The position numbers and the translations under genes were made by a program. The notes under the pieces are model-generated. The model made no database searches and had not been told where the DNA came from. It was given only the letters and a program-made list of their open reading frames with translations. Positions 16,191-25,651 of a stretch of 64,000 nt of DNA are shown here, in pieces (position 1 is the first letter of the stretch; each line of letters opens with the position of its first letter). This DNA is from a virus (Duplodnaviria > Caudoviricetes): the IMG/VR virus record IMGVR_UViG_3300020577_007013. The stretch is one strand, 5' to 3'.

Positions 16191-16679
16191 TCATGGTTCA
16201 ATTGCTCTCGACTTAAAGAGATTGTTCCACTCTCTAAGAATTCCACTTCTACTTCGTTTTCTAACTCTAAAGTGGCTAGAACCTTCTGACCATGATACAT
16301 TATTTCCCTCACTTTTAATATAAGATATCTCCCGATAGAAGAATATCCAAATAGGATAACCAGTTGCTCTATTCTCAGTCTTATCTATTTTAGTTAGCTT
16401 AATTGGCTTACCCATGTAATCGCATAAGAATGACTCAATTAACTTAGGATCACGATTAGACCATAGTTGACCTTTATTGCCAAAATACTTCTCACATAAT
16501 TCATTATGCTTATTGTAATCCCATTGAAGTAATCTATCTGAATAAACTGCTTGGTCATCAGAATGGTCACTACCATCGTCAAATTGAGCCCCAAATATCT
16601 CCTTTATAAAACTATCCATACCTTCTTTAGATGCCCCAAAGTGGAGATACTTGGCAGCTATTTGGTGAATATCGCTCAT
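16191..16679 (-). CDS. Hypothetical protein
   Basis: 162-aa ORF; 3' end overlaps the ORF at 16097-16312. Confidence 0.6.
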   Translation of the reverse strand: MSDIHQIAAKYLHFGASKEGMDSFIKEIFGAQFDDGSDHSDDQAVYSDRLLQWDYNKHNELCEKYFGNKGQLWSNRDPKLIESFLCDYMGKPIKLTKIDKTENRATGYPIWIFFYREISYIKSEGNNVSWSEGSSHFRVRKRSRSGILREWNNLFKSRAIEP

Positions 16680-17136
16680 GCTTTATTTTCAAAATACTGC
16701 AACTCAAACCGTTGCAACTCCCCATTATGGTTAACTTCTCCCCCAAATATTAAGTATGGCTTTATTTTATCAGACTTTACCATATCCAGTATAACTTCTA
16801 ACCTTTCAATGGCTATTGCTTTTAAATCTATTTTCAAATGTGGTAAACTCATTTAAGCCCATCCATGAATTTAATTCTATATCCGTTACTGTGACATAGT
16901 TCTCTCTGAACGCTACTCCATTAGAGGTAGTCATTTACCCTCCCATCCAGTTGGCACCTCGGTAATGGCTATCACAACCAATTCAGCCTCAGGATGAATT
17001 TCAGATAAAGCAGTTAAACATATGCTTTTAGAAGGAAAATCATTAAACTTGAATATCTTAGAATTTATTGAGTAATCATCCTTAACTTCAGCGTATTGAT
17101 GATAATAATGGCATGAGTAAGCCACTAAGTAATTTT

Positions 17137-17538
17137 TCATTTACCCTCCTTCTTATGCCATTCAGCTCGGTAAATTGCACTCTTAGAAGTAAAATAAAGA
17201 ATCAGAGGACTCATGTATCCTTCTTCTACGTGTTGTTCAGGAGCTTCATCTGTTTGTATCCACCCTTTATTGATAAGAGATCCAACTACTCCAGCTACTA
17301 CGAAGAATGGTAAACCTATTTCATTAGCTAGACACTTTACATCTAGATCAGAATAGGTCTCCTCACCTTTGTACCATGGAGCTAAGTGTTCACACATTGC
17401 ATCCATTACTGTAACTTGCTTTGGGGTTAGGTTGAATTCAGTATGAGGTAAGATCGGTTTACCTTGGGCAACTAAATGTTGGTTAACTTGGTTATCATAA
17501 GCCTCTTGGAATACTTTTGGGTTGAATTCTTGTTTCAT
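17137..17538 (-). CDS. Hypothetical protein, winged-helix-like
   Basis: LTPKQVTVM...LANEIGL...VVGSLINKGWI. Confidence 0.55.
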   Translation of the reverse strand: MKQEFNPKVFQEAYDNQVNQHLVAQGKPILPHTEFNLTPKQVTVMDAMCEHLAPWYKGEETYSDLDVKCLANEIGLPFFVVAGVVGSLINKGWIQTDEAPEQHVEEGYMSPLILYFTSKSAIYRAEWHKKEGK

Positions 17539-17789
17539 ATCAACTCCATTAAAAAGTTTTCTACTTGGTCAAATAAACCTTTAGGCCAAGTGCGCAAACT
17601 ACCTCTACGATCTATATCTATAAATTCATTTTCAAATTTGATTTGATAACCGTATACTTGGGCTTTTTTGATCTGTACTCTTAGATCTAAAAATTCAAGA
17701 TAATTAGCATCACCAAGATGTTTACCTTTAAAGTAAACTGGATGAGTTTCTTCTTTAATACTCTTGAGTTGTGGTTCCATATTTCTCAC
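17535..17789 (-). CDS. Hypothetical protein
   Basis: 84 aa; AGGAG SD; coupled to the next gene. Confidence 0.6.
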   Translation of the reverse strand: MRNMEPQLKSIKEETHPVYFKGKHLGDANYLEFLDLRVQIKKAQVYGYQIKFENEFIDIDRRGSLRTWPKGLFDQVENFLMELI

Positions 17790-18151
17790 TCCTATTTGTC
17801 ATAACTTTTTCCAACATTTTAAATATCGGAATAATTTTGTAAAACGGCGAAAAAAAGTTCTTATTTTGCTGAAAAATAAAAGAATATTATTCCCCATTTC
17901 TGAGGAATAATATAAGGAAATAACTCCCAATTGGTCAATCAAGAGCTCCTTTAGCAATAGCTTCCCCAAGCATGAGGCAACGCTCAATTGAGTTAGCATA
18001 AGTAAAGTAAACTACCTTACCATCGATAATACACTGAAGGACTATCATATCTTCTTTTGTTTTTGCGTGTCAGGGAATTCATGAGTTTCATGAAGCACCT
18101 CCATTAAAATTGTTACTTATCTATAATAGGATCGGCAATTCCTCTCCCACT

Positions 18152-18628
18152 TTATTCTCGAAAAATCGTAATAAATGGCTTTTCCTTGAATTGCTCTAGT
18201 GATGCTTTGATCTTTTCTTGATCGTCATCGAAAGGGAGTAGAAAAAGTTCTAGAAATTTAGAGATGAATGGAGAAAATCTCCCTTTCATTTCATAATGGT
18301 AAAGCTCTAAATCTATTGTTTGGAGAATGTCAGTATGTTTTTCGACTTCCGAATTGAAGTCTTTGTAGTAATACTTTGTCATGTCGACTTCTTCATAAGT
18401 TGCATCATCATAGACTTTAGTGATTTTGAAGAGATGGATCATAGACCCTTCCTCTCTCAATCTGTCAATGACTTTGGAATATTTCCTAGTGAAAAGAAGC
18501 TTTTCAGATTCAAAACATTTCATGAATTCCATCGGAGAAGGCGGCTCTCCTTTTTGCATTTTTTCAAAGAGATCATACATTCTCTTTTTGATGATTCCGT
18601 TCAGTCTATAGCCGATGCAAATTCTCAT
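18152..18628 (-). CDS. Hypothetical protein
   Basis: 158-aa ORF. Confidence 0.65.
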   Translation of the reverse strand: MRICIGYRLNGIIKKRMYDLFEKMQKGEPPSPMEFMKCFESEKLLFTRKYSKVIDRLREEGSMIHLFKITKVYDDATYEEVDMTKYYYKDFNSEVEKHTDILQTIDLELYHYEMKGRFSPFISKFLELFLLPFDDDQEKIKASLEQFKEKPFITIFRE

Positions 18629-19146
18629 TTTGTTCTCCTATAATTCGTTAGGATTTCTCTTATGTAAGATATATTATAGTAGTGGCTTGCCGGACCTGAA
18701 TTATAATCTTTCAGAGCTTTGACCAAATTTCCTCTTCTCTTTCTGACAAATTCAGAAAAGATTTTTACTCCGACTGTGATATTAAATTTAGAGTCGAAAA
18801 GTCTGTGCCTATCTTTTTTCTTTACATGAAAAGGCATCACTTGCATAAGTCCTCTCGCTCTTCCTGATTTCGTCTTAGGACCATGAGCTTTTCTTTTTCC
18901 TTCGCTCTCTGCTTGAATAAGGCAAGCGACTAAGTGGGCATGGTCTTTAGCCATAATGCTCTTTGACTCTTCGAAAATGTGAGAGTAGATATCGTGATCC
19001 ACCCATTTGAAAAGTCGTTTTGATTTTTCGTACTGACAATCGTATTGAGAGACGTATCCAAAATTCGGAAGTACTATGAGAAAAGTGAGAATGAAGACGT
19101 AAAAAAACCAGGAATTTCTTCCCGGTTTATCGATTTGAGTTTCCAA
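18625..19146 (-). CDS. Lytic transglycosylase (SLT domain), membrane-anchored
   Basis: LIQAES, ARGLMQVMP, FNITVG, YNSG; N-terminal transmembrane helix. Confidence 0.88.
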   Translation of the reverse strand: METQIDKPGRNSWFFYVFILTFLIVLPNFGYVSQYDCQYEKSKRLFKWVDHDIYSHIFEESKSIMAKDHAHLVACLIQAESEGKRKAHGPKTKSGRARGLMQVMPFHVKKKDRHRLFDSKFNITVGVKIFSEFVRKRRGNLVKALKDYNSGPASHYYNISYIREILTNYRRTK

Positions 19147-19746
19147 TTATTGGTACTGGATGTTGAGTGGGATTGTGTAAGTAGCACTCATTCCAGCTGC
19201 AGCTAAAGTCGTGGTCGAGACTTCGTAAACACTTACGCTTAATTCTCCAACATAAGTCGGTGATGTTACGCAACTGTTCGTTGAAGCGCTCCAGTATGAG
19301 TAGAGGTTTCTAACAGAAGTTACTGACGATCCACTTGGATTTGAAAATCGTGGTGAGTAGTAAGTTCCTGCAGAGGACTTCAACACATACTTTGCGACCG
19401 GAGCAGAGACAGCATACTTGACGAAAGTCGATCCTGTACAAGTCGTAGTTCCGTAGTAAATGTCCGAGACGTCGGCCTTGAGATTTCCGTCAAAGTCAAT
19501 GTTCGACATATATCCACTACTGAACACCATTCTTATGAGCCAAGGGGTCACGTCTGTCGCATTACCGATGACGTTTCCTGAAGCATCCTTCACAACTGCC
19601 ATGTTGGCAGTGACGGTAGTTCCGGTAGTTGTGGTGGGACCTGCTGTGCCGGAAGTTGCAGCAGTTCCTGTTGTGGCCCCTGATCCAACGTTCGAGCAGT
19701 TAAGTGCGAACAATGAAACGAGGAGTAATATGGTGAGTTTTTTCAT
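19147..19746 (-). CDS. Lipoprotein, Ser/Thr-rich
   Basis: MKKLTILLLVSLFALN-C signal peptide; strong SD and its own promoter. Confidence 0.8.
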   Translation of the reverse strand: MKKLTILLLVSLFALNCSNVGSGATTGTAATSGTAGPTTTTGTTVTANMAVVKDASGNVIGNATDVTPWLIRMVFSSGYMSNIDFDGNLKADVSDIYYGTTTCTGSTFVKYAVSAPVAKYVLKSSAGTYYSPRFSNPSGSSVTSVRNLYSYWSASTNSCVTSPTYVGELSVSVYEVSTTTLAAAGMSATYTIPLNIQYQ

Positions 19747-19783
19747 TTGGTTCTCCTTTTGTAATTGTTATTCTGACAGTTAC

Positions 19784-19822
19784 AATATATAAAGAATCAT
19801 CGAAATTGAACAAAAAACGTCA
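19784..19822 (-). promoter_or_regulatory. Conserved sigma70-type promoter TGACGTTTT-TTGTTC-N18-TATATT
   Basis: Same motif and spacing at 25320-25358 and 54248-54286. Confidence 0.75.
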
Positions 19823-19830
19823 TAGTCCTA

Positions 19831-19906
19831 GAGGTCACCCGAGTCACTCAGCCGAAAAGTTAACCTAGGTGATCCTAGGGTATCAAGGTGACTGGGAGGA
19901 CTCGGG
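19831..19906. repeat. Promoter-upstream inverted-repeat element, copy 1
   Basis: CCCGAGTC...GACTCGGG arms; blocks shared with 25386-25462 and 54316-54388. Confidence 0.65.
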
Positions 19907-20055
19907 AGCTTTATGATTTTGATCTATCTCAAGTCCTATGATTTTCTCATTTTCTATTTTTTTAAGATTTCCGTCTTTGTCGAGGATTAAAGTCTCATCG
20001 CATTCTTTAATAATTTCCCAATTCAAAGTTCTATTCGAATTTTTCAGTTTTCTTC

Positions 20056-21468
20056 TCATACTGGTGCCGGCTCTATGTAAGGAAGGACTCTGAAATTTTC
20101 TTTTTCGAAGAGTAATTTTGTGTATCCTAATCCACCGTCATTATTTTTCAACACATGAAGATGCATAAGGTCCGGTTCTAATTCCCAAATATGATTCATT
20201 TCAGGAAAAAACCTCTGTTTGAGAAAGATGGGTCTGGTAATGGAGATCACAACTCTCGCTCTTTCAGCATAAGCAGCTGAGCCTTTCAAATCTTCAAGAC
20301 CGATTTTATGAAAGTCGAGATCTTCAGGCTTCTTAAGAATTCTACTTCTGAATTTATTCTCATTAGATTGAACAACTCCGATAGTGCTTACTCCAGTTCG
20401 TCTTGTCATTCTATGGAGTTTGTCCATTCCTTTTTCTATTTCAAGAGGAGTCTTATCTCCAAAGTCCTTGGCCATTGAAAGAAGATCGATATCAATCACA
20501 GTGTATCCATCAGAAGGAAGTACTCCAGCTTTTCTAAAGATTTCTCTACCTCTATCGATCTCCCTTTCCACATAATCGAAGTCAAATGAAGCTTGATCTG
20601 AATAGAGGAAGTTTGGAATGGACTCAAATTCTTCCCAGACTTTCATGACCCTAGCTAAAGTTCTTCTATCATACGTTTTACTATGAAGATCTCTCATAGT
20701 AAAGTTACCTCTCATACAAATGATCCTATCCATGATAGAGACCAACGGCATTTCAGGATTAAAAGAGATGCAACAAATTCCCCTATTAATAATTGCATTT
20801 TCAATGTTCTTCGCTAAAGCAGACTTTCCTGAGCCCTTCTCACCAAATAAAATGTAGATCTCTCCTTCATTAAGCGGCTTTATACAAATGCGATCTATCT
20901 CAGAAATTCCGGTCGTTCTTATTTTTTCACCAGACTTTCTTTTTTCAAAGTCTTCTCTATGAATATTCGAAAGTTCTTTTGTGGTCAGGACTCCTTTTGT
21001 ATCATCGATCTCATTCGTCATCTTGATAAGATTTTCAGCATTCTTTCTTATCTCTTTCGGATCGATGTATCCTCTATCTGTAAGCTTAGAAGCAAGCTCA
21101 TAGATCATTTTTTTCGACTGAACGAATTTTATCCAATCAGACTTCAGTTCCTTCTTAGCGAATTCGATGTTTTCAAATGATGTAAAGGAATCGTATAATT
21201 CAGATAATTGATTAAACTCGACTTTGACTGGAGAATTTTCTTTTATGAGTGTGAGAAGAGTATCATGATCAAATTTAAGTTCCTTCTCTTTTAGAACTTT
21301 CAATCCTCTATAAATTGCTTTAGTCGTCTTATGGAGAAAGTAGTCTTCAGTGAGAGAGATCACATCATGAGGATTTCTCATGAGATAAGAGATGATTCTC
21401 TGCTCGTTCTCTACGTTATGCCCTATAGAAAGTTTATCGTCTAAAAAATTTTCACTATCAGCCATCAA
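20056..21468 (-). CDS. DnaB-like replicative helicase
   Basis: EQRIISYL N-terminal domain, TTGISEID, GEKGSGKS, PEM, VVQSN, LKNNDG. Confidence 0.85.
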   Translation of the reverse strand: MMADSENFLDDKLSIGHNVENEQRIISYLMRNPHDVISLTEDYFLHKTTKAIYRGLKVLKEKELKFDHDTLLTLIKENSPVKVEFNQLSELYDSFTSFENIEFAKKELKSDWIKFVQSKKMIYELASKLTDRGYIDPKEIRKNAENLIKMTNEIDDTKGVLTTKELSNIHREDFEKRKSGEKIRTTGISEIDRICIKPLNEGEIYILFGEKGSGKSALAKNIENAIINRGICCISFNPEMPLVSIMDRIICMRGNFTMRDLHSKTYDRRTLARVMKVWEEFESIPNFLYSDQASFDFDYVEREIDRGREIFRKAGVLPSDGYTVIDIDLLSMAKDFGDKTPLEIEKGMDKLHRMTRRTGVSTIGVVQSNENKFRSRILKKPEDLDFHKIGLEDLKGSAAYAERARVVISITRPIFLKQRFFPEMNHIWELEPDLMHLHVLKNNDGGLGYTKLLFEKENFRVLPYIEPAPV

Positions 21469-21498
21469 GACTCCGTACAGTTAACTATATTAAGGAAA

Positions 21499-22437
21499 TC
21501 AGAGAGAAGAATTTTTTCTAAAGAAAGATCTTTTTACTGACTCTCCAGTTTCCATCCAAGACTCCACGGGAAGTTTAAGGAGAGAAAACCAAAGTTTGCA
21601 TTGTTTAGGGTCTCTTTCTGATTTAGAGAAAAATTGTTCAATAGGCTTTTCTACAGGAATAAAATCGACCAGTTGGTAGTTGACTCTTAGTTTGTCTTTG
21701 TTTGCTGTTATCTTATCTTTCCATTGTTTAGGAATAACTTCGTCAGAATGGAGTTTCTTAAAAAGCTCCTCTACATTTTGATAATTATTAACGATATGAA
21801 GAACAAGTTCGTTCGGAAGATATGGAATTGAAGAGTCTATATTGTCAGACTTATCACCTCTGATAGCTTTCCACATCTTCACAGCATTTCCCACAGGAGA
21901 AAAACTATGTTCTTCTTTGAATGTCTCAGAAGTATAGAGCTTCGAGAAATTGAACCAATGGTTATTGTCGTCTATATTCCTTGACCAATCGAGATCAGCT
22001 GATATGAAAAGAGTCTTTCCTTGATTTTGACCGTCAAGATAAGTCTTCAAAGGAAATGTCAAGTCGTCAGCTTCTAAAGCATCCCCTTTGAGAATTATGA
22101 AGTCATTAGAGTATAGTCCTAAGATTTCATAGAGCAAGAGAAGTGATTTATAGACTTGTTCAGGAACTCTTCTGGATTTTCTCGGATGTTTATATTTTCC
22201 TTCTGAGATAATTTTTCTAAGATTGATCTGGGAGAATGGATTATCGAAAAGAAAATAAATTTTCGAGTCTCCTCTAGAGTATCTGTCTCTCAATTCTTTG
22301 ACTCTTTTAAGAAATTCTTGAATTGCACCTACGTAGAGTCTTTCATCTTCGAAGACTATGAATTTTTCCATGCAATTGGAGGTCGATCTCCAGAACAGAT
22401 TGTTGGCGTCGAAAACCAAATTTTGATAATCGGTCAT
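21499..22437 (-). CDS. 5'-3' exonuclease / T4 RNase H-like
   Basis: FDANN, LFD, EADD, SADLD, GDKSDNI. Confidence 0.88.
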   Translation of the reverse strand: MTDYQNLVFDANNLFWRSTSNCMEKFIVFEDERLYVGAIQEFLKRVKELRDRYSRGDSKIYFLFDNPFSQINLRKIISEGKYKHPRKSRRVPEQVYKSLLLLYEILGLYSNDFIILKGDALEADDLTFPLKTYLDGQNQGKTLFISADLDWSRNIDDNNHWFNFSKLYTSETFKEEHSFSPVGNAVKMWKAIRGDKSDNIDSSIPYLPNELVLHIVNNYQNVEELFKKLHSDEVIPKQWKDKITANKDKLRVNYQLVDFIPVEKPIEQFFSKSERDPKQCKLWFSLLKLPVESWMETGESVKRSFFRKNSSL

Positions 22438-22955
22438 TTAACCTCTTTTTCTTCTCTATTTTCTTGATCGTTCATCTCAGCTTGCTTAAGCTTATTGACG
22501 AAGTCATAGACTTTTCTTACTTTTCTAAAGTCATCTTTACTGAGTTGATCATCGTCATTGACAACTTTTTCAGGAAGAGTCTGTCCATTGGGAAAGTTCT
22601 GCTGAACGTTTTGTTGAATGATAATTTGTTGTTTAAGAACTCCTAGAATATTTGAAGCTTTATCATTCTCAATTCTTCCAATTGTCTCAATAATTTTGAC
22701 AAGAGTCATAGGAGAGACTTCACCGTCATCGTCCTCGACCATTTCTATGAGCTTTCTAGCAGCAATGATCTTTAAATTTGAGAGAGACTCTTCTGCTGCT
22801 ATTTGGGTTTTTAAGAAAAGAAGAGTCTCGATCTTAAGCTCATCATTAATAAGCTGTTCTCTTCCAACAGCAAGTGATTTCTCATTCGCTTCATCAGATA
22901 AAGCTTGAACCTTCTTCAAAAACTCTTGTTTCTTGGTGAGTTTTTCTTCAGACAT
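22434..22955 (-). CDS. Hypothetical protein
   Basis: 173-aa helical ORF. Confidence 0.7.
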   Translation of the reverse strand: MSEEKLTKKQEFLKKVQALSDEANEKSLAVGREQLINDELKIETLLFLKTQIAAEESLSNLKIIAARKLIEMVEDDDGEVSPMTLVKIIETIGRIENDKASNILGVLKQQIIIQQNVQQNFPNGQTLPEKVVNDDDQLSKDDFRKVRKVYDFVNKLKQAEMNDQENREEKEVK

Positions 22956-23446
22956 TACTCTTTTACAGCCCTCATTATAAGTGACTCGTCATTGAGTCTT
23001 TCTTTTTCAATGATAGATATAATATCTTTTTCCTCTAAGTTAAAAAGATCATCGATGACTCTTTTATTTATTTTTTGCTTGATGGCATTGAGACGCCTCT
23101 TTAAGAAATGATAGCTCATTTCATCATCAGGAAGATTAACAAGTTTTTTGATCTCATTCCAATGCATGTCCTTGATCTCGTGAAGATAAAATACGATTGT
23201 AATGAGAAGGCAAGTCTTATATTCTTCTTTCGAAGGAAATTTAACAGAGTCTCCGTCGAAATAATTGATAAGAGAAGATAGCTCTTTGTCAGGTAGAAGT
23301 CTTGCTAAATGATAAAGGTCTGAATTTGGGCTCTCTATGTCATAGACAAAAAGAGTTATTTGGTTGATTGCTTCCTTAGAGTTCTTTCTCTCTATCTCGA
23401 TGTATTCCCGTAAGGTACTATCAATAAGTTGCTGTAGATTATCCAC
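22955..23446 (-). CDS. Hypothetical protein, Mor-activator-like
   Basis: LINYFDGDSVKFPS followed by an HTH-like segment. Confidence 0.45.
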   Translation of the reverse strand: MDNLQQLIDSTLREYIEIERKNSKEAINQITLFVYDIESPNSDLYHLARLLPDKELSSLINYFDGDSVKFPSKEEYKTCLLITIVFYLHEIKDMHWNEIKKLVNLPDDEMSYHFLKRRLNAIKQKINKRVIDDLFNLEEKDIISIIEKERLNDESLIMRAVKE

Positions 23447-23460
23447 AATACTTAGTCAAC

Positions 23461-24351
23461 TTAGGAATTTTTCATCAACTCGCCTTTCATAATTTCCATA
23501 GATTTTAAGAACATGTGCTTTCCTTTTCTTCCCATGATGTTGAAAAGTCTATCAGAAGATTTCTCCCCTTTTGAAAGAAAATTTCGAATTGCGAGAAGTC
23601 TCATGACATTCTCGTGTTTGTCATCACAGTATTTGTCAATAGAAAAGAGAAGCTTTTCCATGTACCTTAGAAGATTTAATGAGTCACTGTCATTGATTAC
23701 TTTGTCGATGGAGTTGTTTTTCTCATCTTCGATCTGATAGATCTTTTTCTTTTCATCATTCTCCTCATCAAGAGAGACATCTCCGACTTGATATTCGTGC
23801 TTTCCGAAGATCGACAATTGAATCTTACGAACTAAAAAACCTGCGAAAGATCCGAACACATAGAATTGTCTATAGTCATCGATATGTTTTTTATTCCTAT
23901 TTTTGTAGAACTCTTCCATGAGATAAGAAGCAGCTTGATGAGAATGGTATTCTACATCTTGTTCGCTCTCTACTGCATTGATAAAACTCTTATAGATAAG
24001 AGACTTTGCATAAGGTCTAAGATGGTTGTACATTTTAGTGGCGATTGCTTCTGACTTGTTATTCTCATAGAAGTCATCTTGAAGTTGAAGAAGTTCTCTC
24101 TCAGTATTCGGTTTTGAACACCACTTAGTGCCACAACTCGGACATTTTTCTTTCTCTACAAAGTAAGACTTCCGATCTTCTAGCTTCAGCTTGAATTTGA
24201 AATTGCAGACTCTGCAAGTAAAAGGCTTTCCTTTAAGCTTGATCTCTTTCTGCTCGTCGTCGAGACTCTCGAAGTCTTTGTCTAAGGAGTTGAGATAGTA
24301 CTCTTCGAGAAAATCTTCACCAGGCCTTGGAATATAAGGGGTTTTGCTCAT
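23461..24351 (-). CDS. Zn-ribbon plus sigma-factor-like protein
   Basis: CRVC..CPSC; helical region-2-like segment, SFAGFL, VSLDEE. Confidence 0.45.
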   Translation of the reverse strand: MSKTPYIPRPGEDFLEEYYLNSLDKDFESLDDEQKEIKLKGKPFTCRVCNFKFKLKLEDRKSYFVEKEKCPSCGTKWCSKPNTERELLQLQDDFYENNKSEAIATKMYNHLRPYAKSLIYKSFINAVESEQDVEYHSHQAASYLMEEFYKNRNKKHIDDYRQFYVFGSFAGFLVRKIQLSIFGKHEYQVGDVSLDEENDEKKKIYQIEDEKNNSIDKVINDSDSLNLLRYMEKLLFSIDKYCDDKHENVMRLLAIRNFLSKGEKSSDRLFNIMGRKGKHMFLKSMEIMKGELMKNS

Positions 24352-24575
24352 TTCTTAATTGCTCCTATGACTCTCAATATTGAGACTTTAAAGAAGAGAA
24401 AAGAGAAGTATAAAGCGAATGGAAACCAGAAGAATCCTGTAAGAATCCATAGGCTCACATCCTTGATTCCTAGTAATCTCAAATAGAGAAGTATGCCGAA
24501 AAGAATTGTGTAAGCAAAAATGAAGACCGTGAGTCTCTCACTCTTGAAGTAGTCTCTAATTGTTTGTTCGTCCAT
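24348..24575 (-). CDS. Small two-transmembrane protein
   Basis: Two hydrophobic helices. Confidence 0.6.
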   Translation of the reverse strand: MDEQTIRDYFKSERLTVFIFAYTILFGILLYLRLLGIKDVSLWILTGFFWFPFALYFSFLFFKVSILRVIGAIKK

Positions 24576-24639
24576 GAAGACTCCTAATGATGGTCATTAG
24601 TAGTGATATATTAAAGTTTAGAAATTCAAAGGAAATAAG

Positions 24640-25092
24640 CTATGAGATCTTCGGCCAAACGTAGCCTTTCATAGGCTGAACTTCTGGCCAAAGTGGTGAG
24701 TAAAAGTCAGGCTTTTTTCGAACGAGATTCGCTTTCTGAGAATAATGAAGAGCTTCATCTCCTAACCAAGGTGGAACTTCGATTTTTCCTTCTGGTAATT
24801 TCCAGAAATCCATATTGTTGACATATCCTCTGTCAGCCCATTCGATCATGATAATGTTGAGGTACAGTTTCAGACAGTCTTCATATCCTTTCCACATTAG
24901 AACTGCTGGATGAGAAAGCCATCCTCTTCGAACTCTCTTGCCTTTTTTGTTAATCTTGTAAAAGTCGTTTGTCTCAATGTAATGGAGAGCTTCGAGAATT
25001 TGCTTTCCCTCAACTCTCTGTTTTCCAAGTCGCTTCATGTCTAAGCATTTTGCACATTGAACAAAGTCGGAATATGGGAGGAAGGTCTGCAT
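24640..25092 (-). CDS. Pyrimidine-dimer DNA glycosylase-like protein
   Basis: MQTFLPY..F, LDMKRLGKQRVE, HPAVLMWKGYE, PPWLG, YVWP. Confidence 0.85.
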   Translation of the reverse strand: MQTFLPYSDFVQCAKCLDMKRLGKQRVEGKQILEALHYIETNDFYKINKKGKRVRRGWLSHPAVLMWKGYEDCLKLYLNIIMIEWADRGYVNNMDFWKLPEGKIEVPPWLGDEALHYSQKANLVRKKPDFYSPLWPEVQPMKGYVWPKIS

Positions 25093-25100
25093 TATGACAC

Positions 25101-25132
25101 AAAAAAGGCCGAGAGTTTAATTCTCTCGGCCC
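25101..25132 (-). terminator. Rho-independent terminator
   Basis: GGCCGAGAG-loop-CTCTCGGCC followed by TTTTTT. Confidence 0.85.
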
Positions 25133-25149
25133 AACTGAAGAGCTGCAAG

Positions 25150-25278
25150 TTAAGCAGCTTTTTGCTTCAGTTTAGCGATGCGGGTTGTGAGGTTCTTCTT
25201 GGAAGTGTTGAAACGGTCAGTCATCTTGGTGAGCTTCACCTGAAGTTTTTTTACCCGTGTTGCTGCTGTTGCTTTCAT
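25150..25278 (-). CDS. 42-aa basic helical peptide (not in ORF track)
   Basis: MKATAATRVKKLQVKLTKMTDRFNTSKKNLTTRIAKLKQKAA; AAGGAG SD; flanked by promoter and terminator. Confidence 0.85.
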   Translation of the reverse strand: MKATAATRVKKLQVKLTKMTDRFNTSKKNLTTRIAKLKQKAA

Positions 25279-25319
25279 TTGTATCTCCTTTCTTAATTGG
25301 TAGTTATTGTAACAATATC

Positions 25320-25358
25320 AATATAATAAGATTACAGTATAGTGAACAAAAAACGTCA
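25320..25358 (-). promoter_or_regulatory. Conserved promoter TGACGTTTT-TTGTTC-N18-TATATT
   Basis: Repeated motif with fixed spacing. Confidence 0.75.
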
Positions 25359-25385
25359 TTGCTTACAAGATCCCCAGAACGCTCG

Positions 25386-25462
25386 CGAGACACTTGGTCA
25401 AGAGATCAATATGTATTATAACCTGGCCAATATACAATCAAGGGAGGACTCGGGTGACCTCT
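25386..25462. repeat. Promoter-upstream element, copy 2
   Basis: GGGAGGACTCGGG shared with copy 1; GACTCGGGTGACCTC is the reverse complement of 19831-19845. Confidence 0.6.
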
Positions 25463-25651
25463 GATAGACGAGTATAATATGATTAAGATCTGAGGTCTCT
25501 CAGACCCTTATTTCAAGTGAATTGTCTTTGGTTGAATAGCCGATCTGAAGAAGCTCAATAGGATGCTCTAGCCCATACTCACCGACATTTATGATTTTGA
25601 TTTCTGCATCTTTCGGCACACTTTTTGTCAATTCCAGAAAGTCACCTAAGT

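Noticed and set aside
17799-17999. 66-aa ORF
   Set aside because: It overlaps a better upstream ORF in another frame and an AT-rich promoter-like region.
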